NCBI GenBank assembly: GCA_964547425.1
Contig: CAZJNH010000006.1
Coordinates: forward strand, 6,095 to 70,094
From: an uncultured Candidatus Saccharibacteria bacterium
GTDB lineage: Bacteria > Patescibacteriota > Saccharimonadia > UBA4664 > CAZJNH01
Length of the DNA stretch: 64,000 bases
Direction: 5' to 3'
Shown here: positions 19,218-28,892 of the stretch, piece by piece
How the letters are laid out: every line of letters begins with the position of its first letter
Numbering within the stretch: position 1 is the stretch's first letter
Made by a program: the position numbers and the translations under genes
The notes under the pieces: model-generated
Databases searched by the model: none
Told to the model about the DNA's origin: nothing
What the model saw: the letters and a program-made list of their open reading frames with translations, nothing else

Positions 19218-19246
19218 ATCATAGCAATCAGTCGCCCACCTGTCAA
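19218..19246 (-). promoter_or_regulatory. Sigma-70-like promoter of the rplC-led ribosomal operon
   Basis: minus strand TTGACA-17 nt-TATGAT about 125 nt upstream of the rplC start; the leader contains a GAGCAAA…TTTGCTC hairpin. Confidence 0.55.
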
Positions 19247-19282
19247 CAGATTGAACCTGGAAATTCCCTCCTGGTAATACCC

Positions 19283-19311
19283 TTGACAGTTTATGCCTCT
19301 TATGCTAATAT
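19283..19311 (+). promoter_or_regulatory. Sigma-70-like promoter for the 19380 gene
   Basis: TTGACA-17 nt-TAATAT; the spacer contains TTATGC twice. Confidence 0.5.
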
Positions 19312-19379
19312 ATTGACCACTTTGAGGGTAATTAACTTATCCGAAAAGTACCTTTACTCAACACTACGAAAGGAGACAC

Positions 19380-20003
19380 ATGAACCGCCGCCTGATGGTT
19401 GCGGTCGTTGTTGTTTTCGGCTTAGCGGCGTTCGCCTGCGGCAAAGTCCAGCCTAAAGCTGAACTGACACCCAAGGCGACGGCAACGGTTGCCATCGCGA
19501 AGCCGGCCTGCGAGCCCTCCCTGACGGCGGTCTGCCTGAAGGACGGGTCGAAACTCTCGATCGGCGACAAAGTCGACGAGTCGAAGTTCAGCTGCAAGGC
19601 TCCGGACGGCGGCATCACCATGTGTGAGGCTCTCGACCAGAACGGCCCGCAGGGCAACATCTTCGCCTACACCGACGGAAAAGCGATCACAACACTTGTT
19701 GTGATCAACGCCGGCGAGGAGCCCAAGGAGCGGTCGTATTTCCCGAAGGTCCACTTCGAGGATACGCTCCAGCAGGCGACGCAAGCCCTCCCTGGTAGCA
19801 AGCCGTCTGTCGTCAATGGCATCCCCGTTCTCGAGGTTCGCCAGGAATCGATGTCGGTGTACTACCTGTTCGAACCCTGCCGCAGATTCAACGTCCGAGC
19901 TGACCAATCGGATTATCCGAACAGTCCGCTCTACGGCGCCGTGATCTCAGGCAGTGGTCAGCCTTCCGTCGACACGCTCGTTACCAAGACGGACTGTCGC
20001 TAG
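19380..20003 (+). CDS. Secreted or lipoprotein-like hypothetical protein (Cys-rich)
   Basis: 207 aa; N-terminal hydrophobic signal ending …AAFACGK; AAGGAGA RBS; followed by a terminator. Confidence 0.6.
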   Translation: MNRRLMVAVVVVFGLAAFACGKVQPKAELTPKATATVAIAKPACEPSLTAVCLKDGSKLSIGDKVDESKFSCKAPDGGITMCEALDQNGPQGNIFAYTDGKAITTLVVINAGEEPKERSYFPKVHFEDTLQQATQALPGSKPSVVNGIPVLEVRQESMSVYYLFEPCRRFNVRADQSDYPNSPLYGAVISGSGQPSVDTLVTKTDCR

Positions 20004-20020
20004 GTGAGAGTAAAGGTCAA

Positions 20021-20050
20021 GGCCCCGGATTTCCGGGGCCTTTTCCTTTG
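20021..20050 (+). terminator. Intrinsic terminator
   Basis: GGCCCCGGA-tt-TCCGGGGCC followed by TTTTCCTTTG. Confidence 0.7.
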
Positions 20051-20062
20051 CCTTGAATTTAT

Positions 20063-21340
20063 TTACCTCATGTAGCGATAGATTGTGCCGGTCGTCCCAA
20101 TCATCCAGGGAATACCGTTGGAGTCGACGGTAATATCCTGGGCGCCTCCGCTGATATTGGCCCAGTTGTTGCTTTCATTTCTGTAAAAGATGGCATGATT
20201 GTGGTTAACTCCCCAAACTTCGTTGTTTGGTCCGATACCTACATCAGCTAACCCGCCAGAGTTTTTATGCCAGGGGCTGCCGGAGTTGTCGTAAACATTG
20301 CCTGTGGTGTCGGATTCATTGCTAAGCGCCCAAGTGTTGCCGCCGGCCGTGCCCTCGATTCTGACTATGTAAGGATTCGGGTTGGAGAAGGTCGGCCAAC
20401 AATAGGAGAGAGTATGCCCTGGGCAATCGGTTTTACCGGTCCAGCGGTAGGTCTTGCCGTTGGTTCCATCGAGCCAAACCGCGCCGTTCCAGGCCGTACC
20501 GACGTCGGCAGCCACAGCGTTCATGCCTCTATATGTCCCGCTGATGTACCTGACCAGAGTATGACTGCTGCCCGATATAATCCAGGCGCTGCTAGAGTCA
20601 ACGTCAACCCGGTTAACCAGGCCGCCGCCTCCCTTGTCCGCCCAAGCGGTATTGTTGTTAACACGTTGGTAGAGGTCACCATTGGTGCCAGCGATCCAGA
20701 CTCCGGCGCGTCCAGCACCGATATCTTTGCCTGTACCGCCAACAGCGTACCAGTTGTCGAAGTGGCCGGTGCCAATCACGTCCCCTGCCGGAGTCTGATA
20801 CTCCTGAACCGCCTGGCCCCAGTTACCAGCTATAGTGTCGATGCCACCCTGGTTAGCCGAAACCACAATTCCAACGTGCCCACTTCCGTCTCCGTTGGTA
20901 TAAACCATATCTCCGGGCTGGATATGGCTAAGCTGATAGCCGCCGTACCATTGGCCATGAGCCGCAAACCAGTCTTTCATATCGCCTGTGCTCGGAATGT
21001 CCCAGTCTCCGTCGGCTGGGGAGTAGCTCCGTCCGGTGCCTTTAATGATGCGGTTACCAGAATTGGCGTAAACCCAGCTAAGAAAGTCGGCGCACCAAGC
21101 CTCACAACGGTGGGCGTACTTGGTGCAGTTTCCAGTGCCTGAAGGAGTCCCTCCGGTCTCGTGGTAGCCAATTTGGCTTTTAGCGATAGAGACGATGTTG
21201 CTGCCATCGCTGGCATGAATTGAAAGTAATCTGACCGTAAAAAAGGTCGAGGCCAGAGCTATAACACCTAGCGCCAAATTGAGGTTGAATCTTAAGCCAC
21301 GGGCTATTCTGAGTCTCTTTGTTGCGGTTCTACTTGGCAT
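20063..21340 (-). CDS. Membrane-anchored CHAP-domain peptidoglycan hydrolase fused to propeller/lectin-like repeats
   Basis: Cys…His CHAP-like core (NCTKYAHRCEAWCADF…GHVGIV) then repeated …G..W..G.NG..Y… units; start trimmed to MPSRTATKR…TM helix (the ORF track begins 99 nt earlier). Confidence 0.6.
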   Translation of the reverse strand: MPSRTATKRLRIARGLRFNLNLALGVIALASTFFTVRLLSIHASDGSNIVSIAKSQIGYHETGGTPSGTGNCTKYAHRCEAWCADFLSWVYANSGNRIIKGTGRSYSPADGDWDIPSTGDMKDWFAAHGQWYGGYQLSHIQPGDMVYTNGDGSGHVGIVVSANQGGIDTIAGNWGQAVQEYQTPAGDVIGTGHFDNWYAVGGTGKDIGAGRAGVWIAGTNGDLYQRVNNNTAWADKGGGGLVNRVDVDSSSAWIISGSSHTLVRYISGTYRGMNAVAADVGTAWNGAVWLDGTNGKTYRWTGKTDCPGHTLSYCWPTFSNPNPYIVRIEGTAGGNTWALSNESDTTGNVYDNSGSPWHKNSGGLADVGIGPNNEVWGVNHNHAIFYRNESNNWANISGGAQDITVDSNGIPWMIGTTGTIYRYMR

Positions 21341-21535
21341 TGACGCTGTGCTCCGTTTTGGCTGGGTCATAAACCGGCAGATGCTTGATCCGGTTGTCAT
21401 CCATCCAGCGTTGAGTGTAGAAAAAAAGCACAACCGCAAAGTTAATGGCGATTGCCAGAATTAAAAAATTACGGGTCGTTAGCCAGCTTGTTTTGTGTTT
21501 TGCCATTACTTAGAGCCTAGAAGCATAAGCGTAAT

Positions 21536-22609
21536 ATGTCAAATACAAAAACGTGCTGTGCTAAAATACTTCTTATGAATCCAGAATCACCACAACCAGG
21601 ATCGGAACAAGATCAAAACTCCGGGCAGCAGCTGGCCCAAGAACTAAACCAAATTCAGGCCGAGCAGGCCCAGGACAAACCTGCCGAACCCACCAAAGAC
21701 GGCCGCTTTCGGCGCTGGACCCGCAATGCATTAATTGCAGCAGGCATTGGGGGCGCTCTCGGAGGCGCCGAGCTCGCTACACACCAGCAGGAAAAGCCCG
21801 ACAAGGCTCCTACACCATCCACATCCCCGGTGACGCCAGAGCAGACAGAGGCGCCGCCGTTTCTAAATCAATTCGCGGCAGAACGGGCAAAGCCTTTCAA
21901 GATTGGAGAGATCGACAATATTATTAAAGTTGGTAACTTCGAAACCCTCAAACAGCATCAGCTTCAAGTCGTTGACCGATTAGCCTCCAGCGAAAAATCA
22001 ACTTTCACAGCGATCAGTATGGACGGCGAAAAACCGCCAGTGGATCTAAACGATTTCGCTTTTGGAAACCAGGTTGCGAACGAGGTGGCAGGTAGCGGCA
22101 TTAGCATCAACTACCAGTACACGCAGGGTAATGAGGTTAAAAACGCTACCTTTCAAGTCAAAGCCCGAACTCCGGAAAACACCTACGTTATCTTCGTCCC
22201 CGAAAGTACCGATCTATCGAAATACGAGCCGAGTACCGGACAAGGTGCCGAGGCTTTTACTCACTGCTCCGAAAACGCTTGCGTGACAATGCTCAAAAAC
22301 GCCCAGCACACACCTGAAGGAGCTGAACCGGCAACAGGTATTAGTACCAACCGGATCAACGCCTTCACCGCGGCTATGCAATCCTCATTCGAGGTCACGG
22401 GTGGACAGGATGCTGCCGAAAACGCGATCGGCTTCAATGCTTTCACTAAAGGCGTTGGAACCGCTTTAACCAATATTGAGTCCGGCCAAGACTACGAAGC
22501 CTATAGCTCATACGTTAGCGTGCCTCCCGGCGGCGAACAGGCCCAACCTCCGATATACAAGGTAGACCAACAGACCTACAAGCAAATGTCCGATCAGCTC
22601 TACAAGTAG
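21536..22609 (+). CDS. Hypothetical membrane-anchored protein (Q/P-rich linker plus C-terminal globular domain)
   Basis: 357 aa; one TM segment (ALIAAGIGGALGGAELA); the start is uncertain and may be the internal MNPESPQ… at 21575. Confidence 0.5.
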   Translation: MSNTKTCCAKILLMNPESPQPGSEQDQNSGQQLAQELNQIQAEQAQDKPAEPTKDGRFRRWTRNALIAAGIGGALGGAELATHQQEKPDKAPTPSTSPVTPEQTEAPPFLNQFAAERAKPFKIGEIDNIIKVGNFETLKQHQLQVVDRLASSEKSTFTAISMDGEKPPVDLNDFAFGNQVANEVAGSGISINYQYTQGNEVKNATFQVKARTPENTYVIFVPESTDLSKYEPSTGQGAEAFTHCSENACVTMLKNAQHTPEGAEPATGISTNRINAFTAAMQSSFEVTGGQDAAENAIGFNAFTKGVGTALTNIESGQDYEAYSSYVSVPPGGEQAQPPIYKVDQQTYKQMSDQLYK

Positions 22610-22624
22610 TAAACAGCCTACTTT

Positions 22625-23971
22625 TTACGGAGTGTTGCGCCAGTAGACGTAAACTTGACCGTTCTTGCCGATAATCCAAGGCTTACCGTGCACGTCCACG
22701 CTAATCGCCTTACCTCCACCTTGCAGGGTGGGATTCCAGTGAGGTGAAGTGGTTGACCCATTCCACTTGTAGACGGTTGCGCTGGAGTTTACTATCCACA
22801 CTCCGTTGTCGCCGCCGATGCCGATATCAATCGCACCGCCGGTAATTTTTTTGTACACATTGCTGCTCCAGTAGTAGATGTTACCTGCGGTTTCGGACTC
22901 ATTACTGATAATCCAGGATCCACCGCCGGCGCTCACATCGATGCGCTTTGCGAACGGCGCGGGCGGCGTGGTCGATTGCCTAGGCCAAGAGGGACTGGAT
23001 GTTGAGCCATTCCATTTATAAGTATTGCCGTTGGTTCCAACTAGCCAGACGACACCGCTGGATCCGATTCCAATGTCTGATGCCGTGGCATTCATGTAGG
23101 TCCAGGCCGGGCCGCGGAAGACATGGCTATGGTCGGCGGTGTTAATGCGCCATGGGTTGCTGGGATCCATGTCTATATGAGAGGTGCCAGTACCAGCCAA
23201 CTGGGTCCAGCTTGAGGAATTTAACCTGTAAACCCTGCCGTCGGTCGCGGCAACGTTAACGCTATTCATTACACCAATGTCGGTCGCCTGCAGGCCGTTT
23301 GGCAAATCGGGCATTTTAGTCCATGAAGAGGCGTATTTATTGAAAGCCGCTGTAACTTGAGACTGGACGTCGTAAAAGGTGTACGCGGCACAAGCGGAGT
23401 CTTTGCAGGATGGCGGGGGCCCGGGAGTTGCCTGGAAGTGGACGTGCGACCCATTACCGCATTCGCCGCCGGCATTGCCAACGGTGCCGAGCGTCGTACC
23501 AGCCCCTACCGACGCACCGGAGGTGATGTTGCTGGGCATCGAGTTGGGCGTTAGGTGGTAATACGCGTAGTAGATACCGTCGCTGCCGTGAATCGCCACC
23601 TGGTCCTCCGCTGCGTAATGCCTGGCGCTATAAATCGTACCGGCCTTCGCCACCTGAACGATCCGTCCGCAGGGGGCAAAAATATCCGAAGCGTTGTAGT
23701 CATGATGGACGTTGTAATTTAGAGCGTACGATCGTTTTTCAGCGGACGGCCAATGATCGGCGATATCAGCCTTGGTGGTTCTAAGCGGGAAGGCGCTTAG
23801 TGCCGGGATGGTAGCAGCGTGGCTAAAGAAGATCCAATATACCCCGACCACCGATACCAAAGCCAAAAGCACAATTAGAGTAGTCTTGTTGGGCTTAAAC
23901 CTTTTCGATAGTTTTCGCTTTGCGCGCACTTTCTTCCTTTTCCTAGGCATCATTAGTAACAGTACAAGCAT
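22625..23971 (-). CDS. Membrane-anchored M23 (LytM-type) metallopeptidase fused to propeller/lectin-like repeats
   Basis: 448 aa; HxxxD (HHDYNASD) and HxH (SHVHF) M23 motifs, then repeats similar to those in 20063..21340. Confidence 0.6.
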   Translation of the reverse strand: MLVLLLMMPRKRKKVRAKRKLSKRFKPNKTTLIVLLALVSVVGVYWIFFSHAATIPALSAFPLRTTKADIADHWPSAEKRSYALNYNVHHDYNASDIFAPCGRIVQVAKAGTIYSARHYAAEDQVAIHGSDGIYYAYYHLTPNSMPSNITSGASVGAGTTLGTVGNAGGECGNGSHVHFQATPGPPPSCKDSACAAYTFYDVQSQVTAAFNKYASSWTKMPDLPNGLQATDIGVMNSVNVAATDGRVYRLNSSSWTQLAGTGTSHIDMDPSNPWRINTADHSHVFRGPAWTYMNATASDIGIGSSGVVWLVGTNGNTYKWNGSTSSPSWPRQSTTPPAPFAKRIDVSAGGGSWIISNESETAGNIYYWSSNVYKKITGGAIDIGIGGDNGVWIVNSSATVYKWNGSTTSPHWNPTLQGGGKAISVDVHGKPWIIGKNGQVYVYWRNTP

Positions 23972-24001
23972 AAGCGTTATTCGTCAATCAGGTTACTACC
24001 A

Positions 24002-24030
24002 TTGACAGCATAAGCTTTTTATGCTAATGT
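24002..24030 (+). promoter_or_regulatory. Sigma-70-like promoter for the 24074 gene
   Basis: TTGACA-17 nt-TAATGT; the spacer is GCATAAgctttTTATGC (6-bp inverted repeat). Confidence 0.5.
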
Positions 24031-24073
24031 AGTTTCGCACCTTTTTACCGGAATACTACTGAGAGGAGCACAT

Positions 24074-24427
24074 GTGAGCCGTTTTCGGCTGATGTTGCTG
24101 TCATGTGGCGTGGTACTGGTCGTCGCCATTGGCGTGCGAGTGACGACTCACGATGTGCCGGCTGGCAAGGTCACGGCTAGTGAAGGCAGGTCCTTGCTGC
24201 CGCCGATGCCTAGCTGCCAGTACGGAATGGACGCAGACGGCTGTGTGGCGGCTCCAACCCCTGAAACACCGCTCTACTGCGTCCGGGAAGGTCACCTTCC
24301 CGAAACGCCTCCTGGCTGTATCGTCGTCGACAAGATCGAAGACGTGCCTCCAGGCGTAGTGTGGATACCGTCGCATGGCGGGCTGACCGATCCGGACGCG
24401 ATTCGTCGCTTCTGGGCGAACGATTAG
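24074..24427 (+). CDS. Small secreted hypothetical protein (GTG start)
   Basis: 117 aa; signal-like N-terminus; GAGGAG RBS; terminator follows. Confidence 0.55.
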   Translation: MSRFRLMLLSCGVVLVVAIGVRVTTHDVPAGKVTASEGRSLLPPMPSCQYGMDADGCVAAPTPETPLYCVREGHLPETPPGCIVVDKIEDVPPGVVWIPSHGGLTDPDAIRRFWAND

Positions 24428-24443
24428 CCAACCCCCCCTGCCC

Positions 24444-24485
24444 AAAAAGAGGACCCACGGCCTACCGTGCGGTCCTCTTTGTTTT
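24444..24485 (+). terminator. Intrinsic terminator
   Basis: GAGGACC-cacggcctaccgtgc-GGTCCTC followed by TTTGTTTT. Confidence 0.7.
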
Positions 24486-24505
24486 GGCGTGATAATATTA
24501 ATGCT

Positions 24506-24709
24506 ATGAAAAAACGCGTTATTTGGTGGAAGATCACCAACTATCACTTCTTCGCTCTAATCGTCATCTACTTCGGCATGAGTATGCTCCAAATCGGGCT
24601 GCCGGAGCGCTATGAAAGCACCCGCAGCGCGCTTTCACAAATCCAACTGGTAATGCTCGGTTTTTTGGGGTTATTAACGGTTATCAACCTGTTTCGTAAC
24701 TGGAAATAA
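24506..24709 (+). CDS. Small two-TM membrane protein
   Basis: 67 aa from the internal Met (MKKRVIWWKITNYHFFALIV…); the ORF track's upstream start lies inside the terminator. Confidence 0.4.
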   Translation: MKKRVIWWKITNYHFFALIVIYFGMSMLQIGLPERYESTRSALSQIQLVMLGFLGLLTVINLFRNWK

Positions 24710-24714
24710 TTTAG

Positions 24715-25344
24715 CTAAATCTGGCAACTGGCGCTGGCAAGGATTGTGCCGGCTTTCCCGTCCCGAAGGATTGCGGAATATTTACCGGACCTGAGTCCGA
24801 GTTCGGTGTCGGTCGCTGATCCGGTAGCGGCTTGGCTGACAAAGTCTATAACCGTGCCTGAGCGCATCAACACAATGTTGCGGTTTTTGGCGTTCTGCCA
24901 GCTCATACTCCATTTAATCGAACTATGGCTAAGACGAGCACAGCTCAAGGCACCCGCGGGCGATAGGTTGGTATCACAGCTGCCGCCGTGGACCAGCATA
25001 GTTCCGGAGTTAACGGTAAAGGTATAGTTTCCAGCGGCCAGGTCGGAGCCTCCCTTCCAGCAGCCGGAGGTCGGTGAAGGATCGTTCGACGTCGAAACCG
25101 CGCGGCCGTTGTAGGTGATGGCATGAGAGCTCGGCCCGGTAGAGCGGTAACCAAATTCGTATTGGCCGGCGGCCTGAACCGAACAACTGTCGCCCGCGGA
25201 CATCTGAACGATGCCGCTTGCACAACTGGCGGTCGCGGCGTGGCTGAAGTAAAGGTATATCCCGAAAGCGATGGCGGTTAAACCCGCGGCCATAAGCAGG
25301 GTCATTGGGCTAAGCTTTACGCCTTTTTTGATGCGGGTAGCCAC
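24715..25344 (-). CDS. Membrane-anchored or secreted Cys-rich hypothetical protein
   Basis: 209 aa; N-terminal TM or signal; 8 Cys. Confidence 0.5.
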   Translation of the reverse strand: MATRIKKGVKLSPMTLLMAAGLTAIAFGIYLYFSHAATASCASGIVQMSAGDSCSVQAAGQYEFGYRSTGPSSHAITYNGRAVSTSNDPSPTSGCWKGGSDLAAGNYTFTVNSGTMLVHGGSCDTNLSPAGALSCARLSHSSIKWSMSWQNAKNRNIVLMRSGTVIDFVSQAATGSATDTELGLRSGKYSAILRDGKAGTILASASCQI

Positions 25345-25610
25345 TAGAAGGTAACCGCTGAAAGGTTAAGGAAGAAGCCGCGGGCGGTGACGGCGGCGAT
25401 AATAGCGGCGACCAATAGAATCGCGTATTCGATCTTGCGGTCAATTTGGAATTTATCGTGCTGAGCCAGGCCAAAGCCGATTAGCATTCCAAGCGGGAAG
25501 ACGGTTTTGCCGTTGTACTGCAGCCAAATCAAACCAAGTATCGTGTAAAGCAGGATTTTCAGAAAATAAGAACTGTCGGTTTCGCGCGCCGATTTTTTTG
25601 GCATGACCAA
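25344..25610 (-). CDS. Small membrane protein
   Basis: 88 aa; 2-3 hydrophobic helices. Confidence 0.45.
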   Translation of the reverse strand: MVMPKKSARETDSSYFLKILLYTILGLIWLQYNGKTVFPLGMLIGFGLAQHDKFQIDRKIEYAILLVAAIIAAVTARGFFLNLSAVTF

Positions 25611-25646
25611 ATCCTAACAAAGTGCTTACGCTTTGTCCACCTCAGG

Positions 25647-26405
25647 CTACCCGGCGCGGACGCCGAGGATTTCTTTGAGTTTGGCTCGCGCAGAGTCTAC
25701 CGCGGAGCGAAAGGTGTCTTTGGCTTGATTGACCGCGCTGCGGCGGGTGGCCGCGAGCTCCTTGACGACAGGTCCGACCCGGTCAACGCTCAACCGGTCG
25801 GCTTTGAGAGAGTCGCGGGCGGCGGTGATGGCGGTTCTCAGATCAGACCGAATAGTTGAAGGATCTACCCCGGCCGCGCAATCGGCCGATGCCTTGTTAA
25901 TCGCGGTGCTAACGGCGGCCTGGAAGTCCGACAGGGCTTTGTCGATCTCGGCGCGGCGAGTTGTAATCGCTGATTTAACCCCGGTACGAAAGATTTGACG
26001 TGATTCGTCGACACCGGCACGCCGGGCGGCCAAAGCATCCTGGGTGGTGTTAGCAAAGTCGATAACCGCGTTGGTTTGTTCGGTTGTGGTTGCGCGTTTT
26101 TTGAGTTTGGCGATGTGCTGCTCCAGGTTTGCATCGAATTTGGCGCGCTCCTCGGCGATTTGTTGGTCGCGCTTTTCGACCCGATTTGTCAAAGCTTCGT
26201 CGCGCTTGGCACGATTGGCTACAAGACCTTGTTCGCGGCGACCCATTTCGGCAGCAGAACGTGTTTTGAAGTTATCGATGCGGGCGCAAACCCGGCTGTT
26301 ATCGGCGGCGTGAGTCAGGAGCGGTGCCAGCAGTAACCCGATGAGAAATAGCAGCACAAGTATGATAAATACTATCTGTTTAGTGCGCTTAGAACGAGTT
26401 GTCAT
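25647..26405 (-). CDS. Membrane-anchored coiled-coil protein (Ala/Arg-rich)
   Basis: About 252 aa from MTTRSKR…; one TM helix then a long helical region. Confidence 0.5.
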   Translation of the reverse strand: MTTRSKRTKQIVFIILVLLFLIGLLLAPLLTHAADNSRVCARIDNFKTRSAAEMGRREQGLVANRAKRDEALTNRVEKRDQQIAEERAKFDANLEQHIAKLKKRATTTEQTNAVIDFANTTQDALAARRAGVDESRQIFRTGVKSAITTRRAEIDKALSDFQAAVSTAINKASADCAAGVDPSTIRSDLRTAITAARDSLKADRLSVDRVGPVVKELAATRRSAVNQAKDTFRSAVDSARAKLKEILGVRAG

Positions 26406-26667
26406 TGTATGCCCCCAAAACGTCAACGGCGTCTTTCGTATCGGCCTGGATAATATCTAAATCACTGTCGCTTTCGGACATAATCGAATCTTCGGCGGCA
26501 ACTCCCTGCTTGAGTGCGTTACTGGCATCGTCAACGTTGCCGGTAGCGCTAATCGGCTCAATATCACTCGGCTTCGGCTCAGCCGTGTTGTTTTTGATCG
26601 CCACGGCGGCGGCCAGCACCACTAAAATAATCGCGATTGGGGCAACAAGTTTTAACCGAGCGTTCAT
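26389..26667 (-). CDS. Small secreted or anchored acidic protein
   Basis: 92 aa; N-terminal TM or signal. Confidence 0.45.
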   Translation of the reverse strand: MNARLKLVAPIAIILVVLAAAVAIKNNTAEPKPSDIEPISATGNVDDASNALKQGVAAEDSIMSESDSDLDIIQADTKDAVDVLGAYNDNSF

Positions 26668-26693
26668 GCCTCTATTATAAGGTATTTGTTTAA

Positions 26694-26750
26694 GGTCTAA
26701 CCCTTTTTCGTCTCGACCTTTATTTTCATAGATTGTATAGGGTTAGACCT
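26694..26750. repeat. 57-nt palindromic intergenic element, copy a
   Basis: AGGTCTAACCCT-ttttCGTCTC…gatTGTAT-AGGGTTAGACCT; 12-bp perfect stem. Confidence 0.7.
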
Positions 26751-26753
26751 TGG

Positions 26754-27329
26754 TTAAGGGGACCAGTTGGGGTTGCGGCCGGTTAACGCCAGCAGCTTGT
26801 CCTGGACTGATGCGTCTTCGGAGACGGTCTTGGCTGCCTTGAACGCGCCTCCCGAACGCCAATCCTCGGCGTATTTCTGAAAATAGGCATAGGCGGACTC
26901 GACTAGCTCCTCGGGCAATTTGGCGTCTTTACCGATCGCTTTGGCCAAATCCCAGGCGTGAACCAGGTGATCACCGAACATTTGCTCGGCATAGTCAACG
27001 GATGCAGTCTCACCGTGCGACAGCTGGACCGTTTTGTCGTCGGCTCCGGGTGCGCTAAATGCGTCGGTGGCGATCGCTCCGGCATTTGTCCGGGCAGCTT
27101 TTGGGTCATCGCCCAAAACATCACCGTCAAACTTTGTGCCAACTTCGGCAATTGTTTTACCGTCCAGCAACGCTTTTACCCATAAATCTTCACTTGTGAC
27201 GTGATTAACCAAGTCTCGGACGGACCAACCTTCGTCTGGAGTCGGGGAGTCCCATTGCTCGTCGGTTATTTGAGAAACATAGCCATCAAACACCTTCGCA
27301 GCCGAAATGTAATTCGCGATTTGCTTCAT
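26754..27329 (-). CDS. DinB/MDMPI_N-like protein (TIGR03086-like)
   Basis: 191 aa; C-terminal …LLALTGRNPNW; metal-binding His pattern. Confidence 0.5.
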   Translation of the reverse strand: MKQIANYISAAKVFDGYVSQITDEQWDSPTPDEGWSVRDLVNHVTSEDLWVKALLDGKTIAEVGTKFDGDVLGDDPKAARTNAGAIATDAFSAPGADDKTVQLSHGETASVDYAEQMFGDHLVHAWDLAKAIGKDAKLPEELVESAYAYFQKYAEDWRSGGAFKAAKTVSEDASVQDKLLALTGRNPNWSP

Positions 27330-27336
27330 ACCTACT

Positions 27337-27504
27337 CCTATCCGTGTAAAAATTTATAAACTAGCCAGATTCCCAATATTGCGCCGATCGCTCCGGTTAA
27401 TAGCGTCCAAGGCGAGAAGCCGCTGACGCCAAATAGAACCGGAGCGTACCCGCCAGCAACCGATCCGATTGTGCCTGCCAAATAATAACTTCGCTTGTCC
27501 GACA
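27337..27504 (-). CDS. Possible small membrane protein (55 aa)
   Basis: Not in the ORF track; minus-strand translation MSDKRSYYLAGTIGSVAGGYAPVLFGVSGFSPWTLLTGAIGAILGIWLVYKFLHG; weak RBS. Confidence 0.25.
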
Positions 27505-27654
27505 TAGCTTTAGTTTAGCAGTTTGGTTTGTATAAGGTCTCTCCCTCTTTCGTCTAAATGTGACACGAGCCAACCTAGACCAAACGGAACGAGGACTTTC
27601 CGATAAATAGAATACTGCTCCGCAGTGACGACTTGGGATAGGTTGGTGAGATGG

Positions 27655-28854
27655 CTAGTCCTTTTGGCGGAGTTTTTTACCTTTTATCTCGTCCGGCAAA
27701 AAGCCTTTTGCGTGCTGGAAATTGGCCTCCCATTTATAATCCTTGCCGTAATCCAGCTCCTTCATCAACTTGGTTGGCGCGTTTCGCAGATGCAGAGGAA
27801 CCTGGGCGGTCGGATTATCCCGCACCGCGGAGTTGGCGGTGCCAAGCGAATTAGCAACTGCTCGGCTTTTGGGCGCTTCGGCCATATAAATAGTGGCTTG
27901 AGCTAGTATCAACTGGCATTCCGGGAGTCCAACCCGTTCCACCGCCAAGAAACAAGCCGTGGCCTGCTCAAGCGCCCGCGGATCGGCCAGCCCAATGTCT
28001 TCCGAAGCAAAGATCACAATCCGGCGGGCAATAAACTTGGGGTCTTCGCCCGACTCCAGCATTCTTGCCATATAAAACAGCGCCGCGTCGGCATCCGATC
28101 CGCGCATACTTTTGATAAACGCTGAGATCCAGTCGTAGTGCCAATCCCCTTTTTTGTCGTACTTTAAGCCTGTTTTTTGCATCGCTTGTTTGACCGTCTC
28201 AATAGTGATAGCTCCGTCAGTAATCCCGGCAGCGGCCTCCAACCCATTTAGAGCAACGCGGGCGTCGCCGGCTGAGAGTTTGGCTAGCAGTGATTTGGCG
28301 TCAGGTTTAATGACTGCCTTTAGCTCCTTGGACGCATCGGTAATGATCCTTTCAATTTGATCGTCTTTGAGGTTGTGCAATACGACCACTCGACTGCGGG
28401 ACAACAATGGACCTATGACTTCAAAGCTGGGGTTTTCGGTAGTGGCGCCGATTAAGATGATTGTTCCCGCCTCGACGTGCGGCAAAAAGGCGTCTTGTTG
28501 GGCTTTGTTGAAGCGATGGATTTCATCGACAAACAATATCGTCTTTTTGCCAATCTGCTGGCGTTCGCGGGCGGCTTCGATCAGTTTTTTGACTTCCGCG
28601 ATGCCGGTGGTGACCGCCGAAACTTCTTCAAATGCGTATCCGCTGGACGAGGCGATGATGCGGGCCAAAGTCGTTTTCCCTGTTCCCGGCGGACCCCACA
28701 ATATCATCGACACCGGCTGTTTTTTCTCAATTACCGTACGCAAAAATTGATTGGCACCGGTGATGTGATCCTGACCAATAAATTCATCGAGCGATTTAGG
28801 CCGAACCCGGTCAGCTAATGGCCGATAAGCATCCGTCGCAAATAGACTATCCAT
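27655..28854 (-). CDS. rarA: Replication-associated recombination protein A (AAA+ ATPase)
   Basis: 399 aa; Walker A GPPGTGKTT; MgsA/RarA family layout. Confidence 0.85.
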   Translation of the reverse strand: MDSLFATDAYRPLADRVRPKSLDEFIGQDHITGANQFLRTVIEKKQPVSMILWGPPGTGKTTLARIIASSSGYAFEEVSAVTTGIAEVKKLIEAARERQQIGKKTILFVDEIHRFNKAQQDAFLPHVEAGTIILIGATTENPSFEVIGPLLSRSRVVVLHNLKDDQIERIITDASKELKAVIKPDAKSLLAKLSAGDARVALNGLEAAAGITDGAITIETVKQAMQKTGLKYDKKGDWHYDWISAFIKSMRGSDADAALFYMARMLESGEDPKFIARRIVIFASEDIGLADPRALEQATACFLAVERVGLPECQLILAQATIYMAEAPKSRAVANSLGTANSAVRDNPTAQVPLHLRNAPTKLMKELDYGKDYKWEANFQHAKGFLPDEIKGKKLRQKD

Positions 28855-28892
28855 GCCTCACATTATACCTTATAGGCGAACAACGATCGAAC

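Noticed and set aside
27521-27560. Partial match to the 57-nt palindromic element (TGTATAAGGTCTCTCCCTCTTTCGTCT)
   Set aside because: The blocks appear in a rearranged or degenerate order and no clean inverted repeat is present, so it was not called as a full copy.
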